Below, in pieces: positions 1 to 8,591 of a DNA stretch of 36,998 nucleotides. The DNA comes from Nitrospiraceae bacterium (GTDB taxonomy: Bacteria > Nitrospirota > Nitrospiria > Nitrospirales > Nitrospiraceae). Within the stretch, counting starts at the first letter, position 1. Each line of letters starts with the position of its first letter. Where the stretch lies: NCBI GenBank assembly GCA_046715215.1, contig JBKJZK010000047.1:1-36998 (forward strand). The letters run 5' to 3'. The notes under the pieces were generated by a model. The model was not told the origin of the DNA. It made no database searches and was given only the letters and a program-made list of their open reading frames with translations. Position numbers and translations under genes: made by a program.

Positions 1-351
1 CGCGCCGGCGTCAAAGGCTATCTGCTGAAAACGCAGGCGGTTGAAGATGTGGTGCGGGCCATCCACGAGGTATCGAAGGGGTCCTTTTATTTGAGCCCAG
101 GCATTTCACAAACCGTCATCCACGCCTATCTCGCGAAGACCGATCTGCCGCCCGACCCCCTGACCACCCGGGAGCGGGAAGTGCTGCAACTCGTGGCGGA
201 AGGAATGACGACGAAAAAGCTGGCCGGCATGCTGGGAATCAGCGTCAAGACCGCCGAATGTCATCGCCATCGGATTATGGACAAACTGGACATCCATGAC
301 ACGGCCGGCTTGGTCCGGTATTCCATCCGGCGCCGCTTGATTGAACCATAA
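1..351 (+). CDS. NarL/FixJ (LuxR-type HTH) response regulator, C-terminal part; 5' end outside window
   Basis: Frame 1 is open from base 1 (RAGVKGYLLK = typical end of a receiver domain). It is followed by a LuxR-type HTH (TTREREVLQLVAEGMTTKKLAGMLGISVKTAECHRHRIMDKL). TAA at 349-351. Confidence 0.85.
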   Translation, partial: RAGVKGYLLKTQAVEDVVRAIHEVSKGSFYLSPGISQTVIHAYLAKTDLPPDPLTTREREVLQLVAEGMTTKKLAGMLGISVKTAECHRHRIMDKLDIHDTAGLVRYSIRRRLIEP

Positions 352-373
352 GCCGCTGGAGATCGTGTGCGCA

Positions 374-1066
374 ATGGCCAAGATACTGATCGTCGAAGAC
401 ATGGAGAGCGTCGTCACGCTTTTGCGGTCGCTGTTGGAGCGCGAGGGCTTTCAGGTGACGGTCGCCCAAGACGGGCTGGAAGCGTTGGAAGCCGTCAGGC
501 GGGACAAGCCGGATCTCGTGCTGCTGGATTTAATTCTGCCCGGGCTGGACGGTTTGGAAGTCTGCCGGCGCATTCGCCACGATCCCCTTACGGCCCATTT
601 GCCCATCATCATCCTCAGCGGCAAAGATGAAGAAACCGATAAAGTGATCGGGCTGGAACTCGGGGCCGACGATTACATCACGAAGCCCTTTCAGGCCAAC
701 GAATTGATCGCGCGCGTAAAGGGCCGCTTGCGCCGTTCCGCTCCGACCGATCCGGCCCGCGTGCTCAAAGTGGGAAGTCTGGAGATGCAGCTCGATCGCT
801 ACACCATCACGCTGCGCGGCAAGCCGATCCATCTTACGTCGAAGGAGTTCAATCTCCTGAGGGCGCTCATCATGACCAACGGACGAGTGCTGAGCCGAGA
901 CGCCTTGTTCGAATCGGTCTGGGGACATAACAAGGACGCGGACCTGCAGTCCCGGACGATCGATGTGCACATCCGCAGCCTGCGGAACAAGCTAGGTCAG
1001 GAAGGTTCCCGGATCTTCACCGTCCGCAATGTGGGATATCGGCTCGATCCGGCCCCGCCTGAATAA
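374..1066 (+). CDS. OmpR/PhoB-family response regulator (receiver + winged-helix DNA-binding domain)
   Basis: MAKILIVEDMESV...PDLVLLDLILPGLDG...DDYITKPF is a receiver domain. The C-terminal LTSKEFNLLRAL...TIDVHIRSLRNKL...VRNVGYRL is a trans_reg_C domain. I chose the ATG at 374 (MAKILIVED) over the TTG at 341. Confidence 0.9.
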   Translation: MAKILIVEDMESVVTLLRSLLEREGFQVTVAQDGLEALEAVRRDKPDLVLLDLILPGLDGLEVCRRIRHDPLTAHLPIIILSGKDEETDKVIGLELGADDYITKPFQANELIARVKGRLRRSAPTDPARVLKVGSLEMQLDRYTITLRGKPIHLTSKEFNLLRALIMTNGRVLSRDALFESVWGHNKDADLQSRTIDVHIRSLRNKLGQEGSRIFTVRNVGYRLDPAPPE

Positions 1067-1272
1067 CCTCGCATCGCCATCCCATCCATTTCCCTCCTGC
1101 TATCTCGCGCCTACGCAAGTCCTTTCGACGGACAGCCTGTCTGGTTTTACCTTTTTTACATAGAATTTCCCTAATCCACCTCCCACACTTCCCTCCCATT
1201 CACTTCGTTTAAGAAGCGACATGCTAGGTTTGTCCCTATGTTCGGCTGGACTCGACCCCGGGTCGGGCACCG

Positions 1273-1722
1273 ATGATATGGGAGATCACGACCGTGGGAT
1301 CGGACAACTGGAATGCGTTACCCAATGCCACCATCTTGTGGTATTTCGGGAGGGCGGTCACCAGAGGTCCGGTCGTGCACCACAACATCAATTGGAATCT
1401 TGGAATGATGAGCCATGTGTCCCATGCGAACGCGAAGCCGAACCTGCCGATGAACAAGCAATACGCGTGCGGCAGCAATGCCGACCGCTCCGGTGTCCAG
1501 AACGAGATTGCCTGTGTGCGGATGGACGGATCCAACATGGACTTGATCGTGGCGCCGGTGATGACGAATCTCGACACGGCCGGCGGCCACACCGATTACG
1601 GGAAGCTGCCCAAAGGAAATCTGGACATCACCGGGCAATATTTCATCTGGACCACCAATTTGTCAGGCAATCGACTGGAGGCCTTCCTCGTCAAAGTACC
1701 ATCACAGGTACTGACCGACTGA
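1273..1722 (+). CDS. Truncated paralogue (C-terminal ~145 aa only) of the downstream secreted protein 1998-3401; possible pseudogene remnant or stand-alone domain
   Basis: GSDNWNALPNA...QYACGSNADRSGVQNE...APVMTNLD...PKGNLDITGQYFIWTTNLSGNRLEAFLVKVPSQ aligns colinearly with residues ~345-490 of the 1998-3401 product. No signal peptide. There is no room upstream for the missing ~340 aa, because the preceding gene ends at 1066. Confidence 0.55.
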   Translation: MIWEITTVGSDNWNALPNATILWYFGRAVTRGPVVHHNINWNLGMMSHVSHANAKPNLPMNKQYACGSNADRSGVQNEIACVRMDGSNMDLIVAPVMTNLDTAGGHTDYGKLPKGNLDITGQYFIWTTNLSGNRLEAFLVKVPSQVLTD

Positions 1723-1997
1723 TCGCTTCTCAGGGAGCGAGAGGACTTCCGCCTTCCCCCCTCCGCGGCGTCGACGACGTTGATCGAGTCTGCCGCCGGA
1801 CCCTGGAGATTCCCTCCGTTGCATGAACGCAACTTTTTACCGTCTCTTTACGCGGTACTTTCCATCTATTGACATACTATTTACCTGTTTTCATGAACGA
1901 TCCGTCCAACGATGTTACCGTCTTGTGGAGAACGAGAGGAAACTTAAGCCGTTTTGGAAGAAACGGACCTCTTGATTCAACAACCCGGAGGAAGGCT

Positions 1998-3401
1998 ATG
2001 TCGCTCGTTACACGGAGTTCGACAATTCTCCGCGCCGCTGTGCTGATCTCGCTCCTGCTGCTTTCGACGACCGCCACGGTCGTCGGGCAAGTGTCCAACC
2101 AGTTCCCGGGCGGCTGGGTGGAAAAACAAGGGACGGCCACGCGCGCGCGCTATACCGCTTCGCAGATTCAATCGTTCGTCCCCCCGACACGCGGCGCCTT
2201 CACGTTTCCCGCTCCCTACAATACAAAAGCCATCCGCATAACGGAGGCATCGGATTGCGGCGGAACGGATTGCGTCGCCAATGTCGGCTATTCATATTGG
2301 CGGAATACCAACGCGCACGAGGGCAGCAACGACATGTGGATTTTCCTGGGGTTGAACAGCGCCAAGGGAGGGTCCGGCCCGACGCTGTTCAAACTGGACA
2401 AGACCACCGATGCGGTGACGAAGATCGGCCCGCTCTTTCCGTCCATCAGCAGATTCTCCGGTCGAAGCGGTGACGGATGGTACTTCAGCGCCTCGCGGGC
2501 GAACAAACTCTATGTGAACGACGGTCCGAAGATGCTGCGCTACGACGTCGTCTCACATCTCTTCGACACGGTATTCGACATCACGTCACAATTCGGCAGC
2601 AACCGCTATATCTGGCAGATGCACTCCAGCAACGATGATTCGGTCCACAGCGCCACACTGCGCGTCTTGGACACCGCTGAGGATCTGGGCTGCCTGGTCT
2701 ACAGCGAAACGACCCAGCAGTTTTCGTTTTTCGCCAAGCAGGGCACCTTCGATGAATGCCATATCGACAAAAGCGGGCGGTATCTGATGATTCAGGAGAA
2801 TATCGACAATCAAAACGATATGGAGAACGTCTTCATTGACTTGCAGACTGGAGTCCAGACTACCGTGTACGATCAAAACGGCGGCGTGTCCCATGCCGAC
2901 ATGGGCTACGGCTATGTCGCCGGCTCAGACAATTGGAATTCGTTGCCGAATGCCTCGATCACCTGGACATTCGGACCGACGTGGACGAAGGGACCGCCAG
3001 TCTTTTACAATGTGAATTGGAATGTATCGCAAGCCGGCCACATCTCTCATGAGAACGCCAACGCTTCCCTCTCGATGAAGCAGCAGTACGCCTGTGGCAG
3101 TAACGCTGATCGCGGTGCGGTTCAAAACGAAATGGTCTGTTTTCGACTCGATGTCTCCTATGACCAACTTGTTGTGGCGCCCATCATGACGAATCTCGAT
3201 GCACTCGGCGGCGGGACCGACTACGCCAAGACCCCGAAGGGCAATCTTGATATCAGCGGCAAGTACTTCATCTGGACGACCAATCTCGGCGGTAATCGGC
3301 TGGACGCGTTTCTGGTCAAGGTTCCCTCCCAGCGGTTGACGGCGCCCGGGGACGGCACTCCGCCCACAGCACCCCGCAACCTGAGAACGAACCGAGGGTA
3401 G
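1998..3401 (+). CDS. Secreted protein of unknown function (possible beta-propeller-like fold)
   Basis: ATG at 1998 preceded by GGAGGAAGG. N-terminal signal peptide MSLVTRSSTILRAAVLISLLLLSTTATVVGQ. Long uninterrupted ORF. The C-terminal YFIWTTNLGGNRLDAFLVKVP resembles TolB/PD40-type propeller blades (weak inference). Confidence 0.8.
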   Translation: MSLVTRSSTILRAAVLISLLLLSTTATVVGQVSNQFPGGWVEKQGTATRARYTASQIQSFVPPTRGAFTFPAPYNTKAIRITEASDCGGTDCVANVGYSYWRNTNAHEGSNDMWIFLGLNSAKGGSGPTLFKLDKTTDAVTKIGPLFPSISRFSGRSGDGWYFSASRANKLYVNDGPKMLRYDVVSHLFDTVFDITSQFGSNRYIWQMHSSNDDSVHSATLRVLDTAEDLGCLVYSETTQQFSFFAKQGTFDECHIDKSGRYLMIQENIDNQNDMENVFIDLQTGVQTTVYDQNGGVSHADMGYGYVAGSDNWNSLPNASITWTFGPTWTKGPPVFYNVNWNVSQAGHISHENANASLSMKQQYACGSNADRGAVQNEMVCFRLDVSYDQLVVAPIMTNLDALGGGTDYAKTPKGNLDISGKYFIWTTNLGGNRLDAFLVKVPSQRLTAPGDGTPPTAPRNLRTNRG

Positions 3402-3473
3402 CTTTTCCGCTTAGAATAAATGGCCCGCTGCCCTCGCCTCAACCGTCGTCATTAGCGGAAGGAAAATCGCTAC

Positions 3474-3497
3474 GCAGGCTTCGCGTCCGAAGCCTGC
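3474..3497 (-). terminator. Perfect 10-bp stem / 4-nt loop hairpin between convergent gene ends; likely intrinsic terminator of the EPS operon
   Basis: GCAGGCTTCG-cgtc-CGAAGCCTGC. It lies 10 nt downstream of the GT2 stop (3508). On the minus strand it is followed by gtagcgATTTTCCTTCC (a partial U-tract). It could also act on the plus-strand gene ending at 3401. Confidence 0.5.
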
Positions 3498-3507
3498 TGA
3501 TTCCGCA

Positions 3508-4743
3508 TTACGCAGCCGGCCGCTGTTCATCAGCCGCTTCCTGTGGCTTCAGTTCCGGCTCGCTAGGCCGCTGTGTTCTGTCCCATGTCGGCCTCGCCAT
3601 GCCGAACAGGAATTTAAGACAGCCCACGGCGAGCGCGGCATTCAACAAGAGAAAATATCGGGCTGCAATGGCCGCCTTACCCACGACCGGAATCACGCGC
3701 AATCGTCCGGCCGCGAGACCCAAACCATACACCGTGGCCTGCATGAGCAAGAGCGCCTGAAAAACCCGGCGATTGAGCAGCCATAGATTGGCAGCCATCG
3801 CAGTGAACAAGATCCAGGGACCCAGTAACCGGAATGCCTTGTGCGACCAATAGGCCAGCGCGACGGTCCCCCACTGAGGGAGAAGCAGGCGCCAGGTCTC
3901 GACCAGCACATGGGCAATTCCTCCCCCGGTTCTGACGCGGCGGTGGAATTCGTCGGCCACATGTGTCGGAGTGACTTGCCACGCCCGCGCCCCAGGATGA
4001 AGCACCACATCGCCTTTCGTGTGCAGGCGAATGAGCATGGGTTCAAGCAAGTCGTCGGCCATGGTTTGAGGAGGCAACGGCTGATAGTCCTTCCGTCTGA
4101 TCGCATAGATCGCCCCGCTCGCGCCGAGTCCCGCGCCGACCTGCGATTCGATCGTCTTTAAGAACATTTCGTATCGCCAATAGAGCCCATCCGGATTGCC
4201 GGAGGTCTGCGGACTTCGAAGCTCCAGCTCTCCCCCGATCACGGCGGCGGTGGGATAACGATAGAAACCCGTCATCAACTGCGTGAGGGAATCAGGATAG
4301 AAGACGGTCGCCGCATCGGTGAACACGAGATATTCCCCGGTGGCTTGCGCCACGAGGTCGTTGAGGACGCTCGCCTTGCCTCTCCGGTCGGCGAAGGCCG
4401 CAAGCTGGACCTTGGCGAACCGATACCGCGCGACCTCCTCATTGGTCCTGTCGGTCGATCCATCCGAGCCGATCAGAATCTGGAGGTGGTCCTTGGGGTA
4501 ATCCTGCTCCAGCAGATTCTGTATTCGACGCGAGATGACCGCTTCCTCGTTATGCGCGGAGATCATGACCGTGACGGTCGGCCACCGGCTCGGCCCGCCC
4601 GAGGCCGTCTTCAAAGGCGCCCTCAGTTTGCCGACAAGCCACAGTACAACCGGATAGCCGAGGTACGTGTACACGAGCAACCCCAGCGCCAGCAGCGTAA
4701 AGATGGCAGACACAGTATCGAATTCTGAGAGGAACGAATGCAT
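3508..4743 (-). CDS. Membrane-anchored family 2 glycosyltransferase
   Basis: N-terminal TM helix, then the GT-A core WPTVTVMISAHNEE...LQILIGSDGSTDRT...GEYLVFTDAAT, then C-terminal TM helices. Last gene of the minus-strand cluster. Confidence 0.9.
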   Translation of the reverse strand: MHSFLSEFDTVSAIFTLLALGLLVYTYLGYPVVLWLVGKLRAPLKTASGGPSRWPTVTVMISAHNEEAVISRRIQNLLEQDYPKDHLQILIGSDGSTDRTNEEVARYRFAKVQLAAFADRRGKASVLNDLVAQATGEYLVFTDAATVFYPDSLTQLMTGFYRYPTAAVIGGELELRSPQTSGNPDGLYWRYEMFLKTIESQVGAGLGASGAIYAIRRKDYQPLPPQTMADDLLEPMLIRLHTKGDVVLHPGARAWQVTPTHVADEFHRRVRTGGGIAHVLVETWRLLLPQWGTVALAYWSHKAFRLLGPWILFTAMAANLWLLNRRVFQALLLMQATVYGLGLAAGRLRVIPVVGKAAIAARYFLLLNAALAVGCLKFLFGMARPTWDRTQRPSEPELKPQEAADEQRPAA

Positions 4744-4814
4744 GGTGGTGTGTGAAGGATTGAAGCGAAGAAACCGTGCAGCGATGCGAACAGGAGACGG
4801 TCAGGCTGGATCAA

Positions 4815-5678
4815 TCACGACTTCTGTATTTCAAACACGCGAATCGCGGCATAATATTCCAGCCAGGGGAAACGGGCGAGCAGTGCCCGATCCCACCGGC
4901 GGAGCGGCATCAGCCGGCTTTGAAGGAACGGCAGATGCCCCGTCGCCCGTAAAAACGGCAACTCGAAGCTCCTCGATCGTCCGAGCCTGAACTCCTTGCA
5001 GAACGTGTCTATTTCCGTGAGGGTCAACGGTCGTTCATACGGCGACACATGTGGGGGCAGGCGGTATGGAATCAGTTTCCGCAACGCGCGCAATGTCGGC
5101 GAGCTTCGCACCGGTTCGGCAAAAATTCCTCGCCCGCCGACGCGAAGCACCCGATACACTTCCCGTGCCGCCTGGGCCAAATCCAGATGATGCAGAATCA
5201 TCATCCCAAACACGATGTCTACGGACTCGTCGGGACAAGGCACCTCATAGGCGGATGCCACACTGAGGCGCACGCCGCTCGTCACCCCGTTGACGTCCAT
5301 CCGCTGTTGGTTGATGGCGATGAGCTCGGGTGAAATATCGATCGCATGGACATGTGCGCCCCGGTGGGTCAGCAAGATCGTGTTTTCGCCCCAACCGCAG
5401 CCGTACTCCAGCACCTCTTGTCTCGCTGCATTGCCCAGCAGATGAAACGCATACTCCAAGTGGAACAGCGTATCCGGCGGAGGATTCACATATTTCGCGA
5501 GATTGTCCTCCGTCGCGCACAAGGACGTCCGGTCGGCCTGTTGGGCTTCCGCGGCGCTACGCCGGACCTCCGCCAATTCCCAGTCGCGTAAACCGGCCTG
5601 ATCGTGGGATCGAGATGCCAGGGGACTCCCGGCGTCCGATGTGTCTCGAGTGACCGTGGATGAGAGAAGCTCCTGCAT
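4815..5678 (-). CDS. Class I SAM-dependent methyltransferase
   Basis: Motif I VLEYGCGWGENT and downstream DIVFGMMILHHL. Strong RBS AGGAGG 7 nt upstream of the ATG at 5678. Confidence 0.9.
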   Translation of the reverse strand: MQELLSSTVTRDTSDAGSPLASRSHDQAGLRDWELAEVRRSAAEAQQADRTSLCATEDNLAKYVNPPPDTLFHLEYAFHLLGNAARQEVLEYGCGWGENTILLTHRGAHVHAIDISPELIAINQQRMDVNGVTSGVRLSVASAYEVPCPDESVDIVFGMMILHHLDLAQAAREVYRVLRVGGRGIFAEPVRSSPTLRALRKLIPYRLPPHVSPYERPLTLTEIDTFCKEFRLGRSRSFELPFLRATGHLPFLQSRLMPLRRWDRALLARFPWLEYYAAIRVFEIQKS

Positions 5679-5721
5679 ACGTCTGCCTCCTGTTCAGTCG
5701 CGCGTGCCGATTGTTCGCGGA

Positions 5722-7377
5722 TTATTGCGTAGCCGCTCTATGGGCTTGGGTGTGCCGGACACAGATGCTCTCAGTGCGAGCAGCGATTCCAAGCGCGGCA
5801 CAGAGGGACTTTGCATCCACTCCGGGGACTTCTTGAGTGGCCGGGCCGGATGGGATCAAGCGGTAATCCCCTTCCGACCAATTCGCGAACGGCACCGCCT
5901 GCACCGATTCGGGGAACACATTACCGTCCGGATAGCGCTGCGCATCCCCGCCGATGATGAGGTTATGCGTGACCACGGCGCCCGGAAAATGCCGTTCCAA
6001 TGTCGAGGTTCCGACGCCGGTGCCGGCTCCTTCCATGCCGTATTCGTTGTGCGGCGTGATGTTGGACCGGTAGACAAATCCTTCATGCGGGTCTCCCTCG
6101 GCCATGAGAATATGCCCGGTGTGGAAGGCGGTGTTGTGCTCGATGACGATGTCCTTCGTGCCCCGCAGCAGCTGAAACAGCCTTCCCTTCCCTCCCCAAC
6201 GAGGTCCATTGATATCGTCGAAGATATTGTTCCTGATCAGTATCCGTTTCCCTTGTTCGCTGGGCGGATGACGGTCGTCGAATCCCATGATGTTGACGGC
6301 GCTCGGACTGTGCCGAACGATGTTGTTCGTGAACGTGACGTCTTCGATCACCGCCCATGGCGACCGCCCCTCCTCGTTCCGCACCGTGAACGTGATGCCA
6401 AATCCGTATCCGGGGTGCTGCCAGTTGTATTCGAATATGTTTCCGTCCACCAGCACGCGGCGCGCGTTCTTCAATTCGAACAGAATCTTCACCTGCCAGT
6501 TGCTGCCGTCGTGCTCCGGCTCGCCGGGCTTCCAGGCAAGCGGTTTGGCGACATGATTGCCCCGAATTTCGATGTCGGAGGGCACGAGACCGAGGATCGA
6601 CGGGTCGCCTCCCCCGAAGAGAAGGTTTTCTGCCGCTCCCTGCAGGAAATTATTGACAACCTTGAACGGGCCGCTCCCGCCCCACCCGGCCACCGCCTGT
6701 GAGTCCTGCCCTACTTCCTTGAAATCCGACACATACGAATCGATCACGGCCAGATGCCGGCCGTTCATCGCGATCCCGCGACGTGCGCCTTTCTTCGGAT
6801 CTCCGTGCACAAAGCAGCGGTCCAGAATGATGTGATGCGGCAGATCCTCGACGGATCGGTCCGTATTGTTGCCGAGCATCACCAGGTCGAGGAGGAGGGT
6901 CTCCTCCGCCGGTTTCATCTCGATCCCGATGAAGCGGAAGTGATGCGCGCGCTTGTGCGCAATAATGACGCCGTACCGGCTGGATACGAGCTTGGGCATT
7001 TTGGCGGCGTGCGACGGCTGCACTCTGGTTCCCGGCGAGGGAAACTCCCGCCCCACGGCGCTGGAACGGACGGTAATCCATCCCGATCCCTGTTTCTTGT
7101 TCGGGAGCGTGAACGGGCCTTTGTAGACGGTACCCGCTTCCAGCACGATCTCATCTCCGGGCTGGGCCTCATCGAGCGCATCCTGAAAATCGCCGCCGGA
7201 CGGCACGGGGAGCGTGCGGCCCGGCGAAGGTACGATCGCAGTATCGACGAACTCACGGGGCAATTCCGGCCGCGCGGCACTCAGCCCTTCTCCCTGAATC
7301 GCTGCGGGCGCAAGACCAGGGCTCAAAACCAGCACGGCCAGCACGGCTGTCTGAATGGTCGTGAATAGACGTCTCAT
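5722..7377 (-). CDS. Secreted right-handed parallel beta-helix repeat protein (candidate polysaccharide lyase, hydrolase or epimerase)
   Basis: Signal peptide MRRLFTTIQTAVLAVLVLSPGLAPAA. Repeated hydrophobic/N-rich rungs (VVNNFL.., IRGNHV.., VDGNIFE.., FTNNIVR.., IRNNIFD.., IEHNTAF.., THNLIIGG). The ATG overlaps the upstream stop (ATGA at 7374-7377). Confidence 0.8.
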   Translation of the reverse strand: MRRLFTTIQTAVLAVLVLSPGLAPAAIQGEGLSAARPELPREFVDTAIVPSPGRTLPVPSGGDFQDALDEAQPGDEIVLEAGTVYKGPFTLPNKKQGSGWITVRSSAVGREFPSPGTRVQPSHAAKMPKLVSSRYGVIIAHKRAHHFRFIGIEMKPAEETLLLDLVMLGNNTDRSVEDLPHHIILDRCFVHGDPKKGARRGIAMNGRHLAVIDSYVSDFKEVGQDSQAVAGWGGSGPFKVVNNFLQGAAENLLFGGGDPSILGLVPSDIEIRGNHVAKPLAWKPGEPEHDGSNWQVKILFELKNARRVLVDGNIFEYNWQHPGYGFGITFTVRNEEGRSPWAVIEDVTFTNNIVRHSPSAVNIMGFDDRHPPSEQGKRILIRNNIFDDINGPRWGGKGRLFQLLRGTKDIVIEHNTAFHTGHILMAEGDPHEGFVYRSNITPHNEYGMEGAGTGVGTSTLERHFPGAVVTHNLIIGGDAQRYPDGNVFPESVQAVPFANWSEGDYRLIPSGPATQEVPGVDAKSLCAALGIAARTESICVRHTQAHRAATQ

Positions 7378-8531
7378 GAGGTCTCCGCAAGCCTGTCTTC
7401 AATGATGCGGGACATGTCCGCGACCCTCGCTTCCCATCCCTCGCTCCGCATCGTGTCAACCCGGCGCCGATCGTTCTCGCGCGAACGTTCTTTCAAGGCG
7501 GCTTCGATCTCCTGTAAGAAGCTGTCCTTATTGAACGCGATGTGAACCACCCCATGGTAGCGAACGACTTCCGGCAACGGCGTCGACACCACTGGTAATC
7601 CCGCCGCCAAGTACTCCCGCAACTTGAGCGGATTGACGCGCAGCGTCAGTTCATTCATGCGAAACGGAATCAAGCCGACGTCGAAGCCTCGGCAATAGGC
7701 CGGCAGCGCCGCATACGGTTGTTGTCCCAATAGATGCACATTCGGCAGGCTCGCCACTGCGCCCAGATCCGTCTGCACTTTGCCCACGAGGGCAAACGAC
7801 CAGTGCGGGCGCGCCCGTGCCAACGCTCCGATTATGTCGAGATCCACCCAATCGGCCAGCAAGCCGAAAAAACCGATTACCGGCTTGGGCAGCCTCAGGA
7901 TTTCGGAGGGCACGACAGTCGCCGGATCCAACGCGCGGCTGAAATGCGCGACATCGACTCCATGTGGAATAAAGTAGGTCCGTGGATTGACCGCCCGTCG
8001 TTCGTCGCATAGTTTTTCCGCCGAGGTGAACACGATGTCGGCCCGCCGAATCAGATCCTGCTCCATCCGCACAATGACGTCCTTCGGCACGCCGCTGAAC
8101 TCGGAATATTCATCGACACAGTGGTAGATCACCATCCGTTCGTTCAGCCGCCCCAACAGCCAATTGACGTTCGGTAAAAACGACCACAGCAGCGGCCGGT
8201 CCATCCCCAGCCGGCGGCACAATCGACGCAGCCAAGCCGCCAAGACGACACGGTTCAGCTGTTCCGCCGCGGCAACTCCGGGGAGCGGCAAGACCGGCGG
8301 GTCCATGACGAAGATATTCGGTTCCACCTGGCGCACACCGGCGACGATGCGCCGCAGCTTGGCGAACAACCGTCGCACATCGCCGGCGGCCGCCGTCGGA
8401 CGCCGCATGCCGATCGAGTTGACCCACAGCACACGATTCTGTTTCGACAGAATCCTCATGATATGTTTTTTGCTCGTCGGATCGCCCTGCCAATCCTGGG
8501 ATATGCAAATAATCGATCTGCCCTCGATCAT
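7374..8531 (-). CDS. Family 1-fold (GT-B) glycosyltransferase, TuaH-like
   Basis: MIEGRSIICISQDWQGDPTSKKHIM... N-terminal domain. C-terminal GT-B domain ...GLIPFRMNELTLRVNPLKLREYLAAGLPVVSTPL. I chose the ATG at 8531 (RBS AGGTGG upstream) over the 8567 ORF start. Confidence 0.85.
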   Translation of the reverse strand: MIEGRSIICISQDWQGDPTSKKHIMRILSKQNRVLWVNSIGMRRPTAAAGDVRRLFAKLRRIVAGVRQVEPNIFVMDPPVLPLPGVAAAEQLNRVVLAAWLRRLCRRLGMDRPLLWSFLPNVNWLLGRLNERMVIYHCVDEYSEFSGVPKDVIVRMEQDLIRRADIVFTSAEKLCDERRAVNPRTYFIPHGVDVAHFSRALDPATVVPSEILRLPKPVIGFFGLLADWVDLDIIGALARARPHWSFALVGKVQTDLGAVASLPNVHLLGQQPYAALPAYCRGFDVGLIPFRMNELTLRVNPLKLREYLAAGLPVVSTPLPEVVRYHGVVHIAFNKDSFLQEIEAALKERSRENDRRRVDTMRSEGWEARVADMSRIIEDRLAETS

Positions 8532-8559
8532 AGTCCACCTTTCAGCTACGCACGCCCGA

Positions 8560-8577
8560 CGTTTCACGCTTCACGAA
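8560..8577. repeat. CGTTTCACG/CGCTTCACG word repeat in the AsnB-GT intergenic gap
   Basis: cgtttcacgcttcacgaa. The same word family occurs at 10643-10665, 22224-22232, 30614-30699 and 36338-36346. Confidence 0.6.
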
Positions 8578-8591
8578 CCCAGCAGAAGTGT

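Noticed and set aside
1123-1160. A possible terminator after the OmpR-type regulator (GACAGCCTGTC followed by GGTTTTACCTTTTTTAC).
   Set aside because: The palindrome leaves a 1-nt loop, so at best 3-4 bp can pair. Only the T-rich tract is convincing.
1869-1997. The TTG at 1869 as the start of the secreted-protein gene (an extra 43 aa), and TTGACA at 1869-1874 as a -35 box.
   Set aside because: The extension precedes an obvious signal peptide that starts at the ATG at 1998 with a strong RBS. No acceptable -10 hexamer lies 16-18 nt after the TTGACA.
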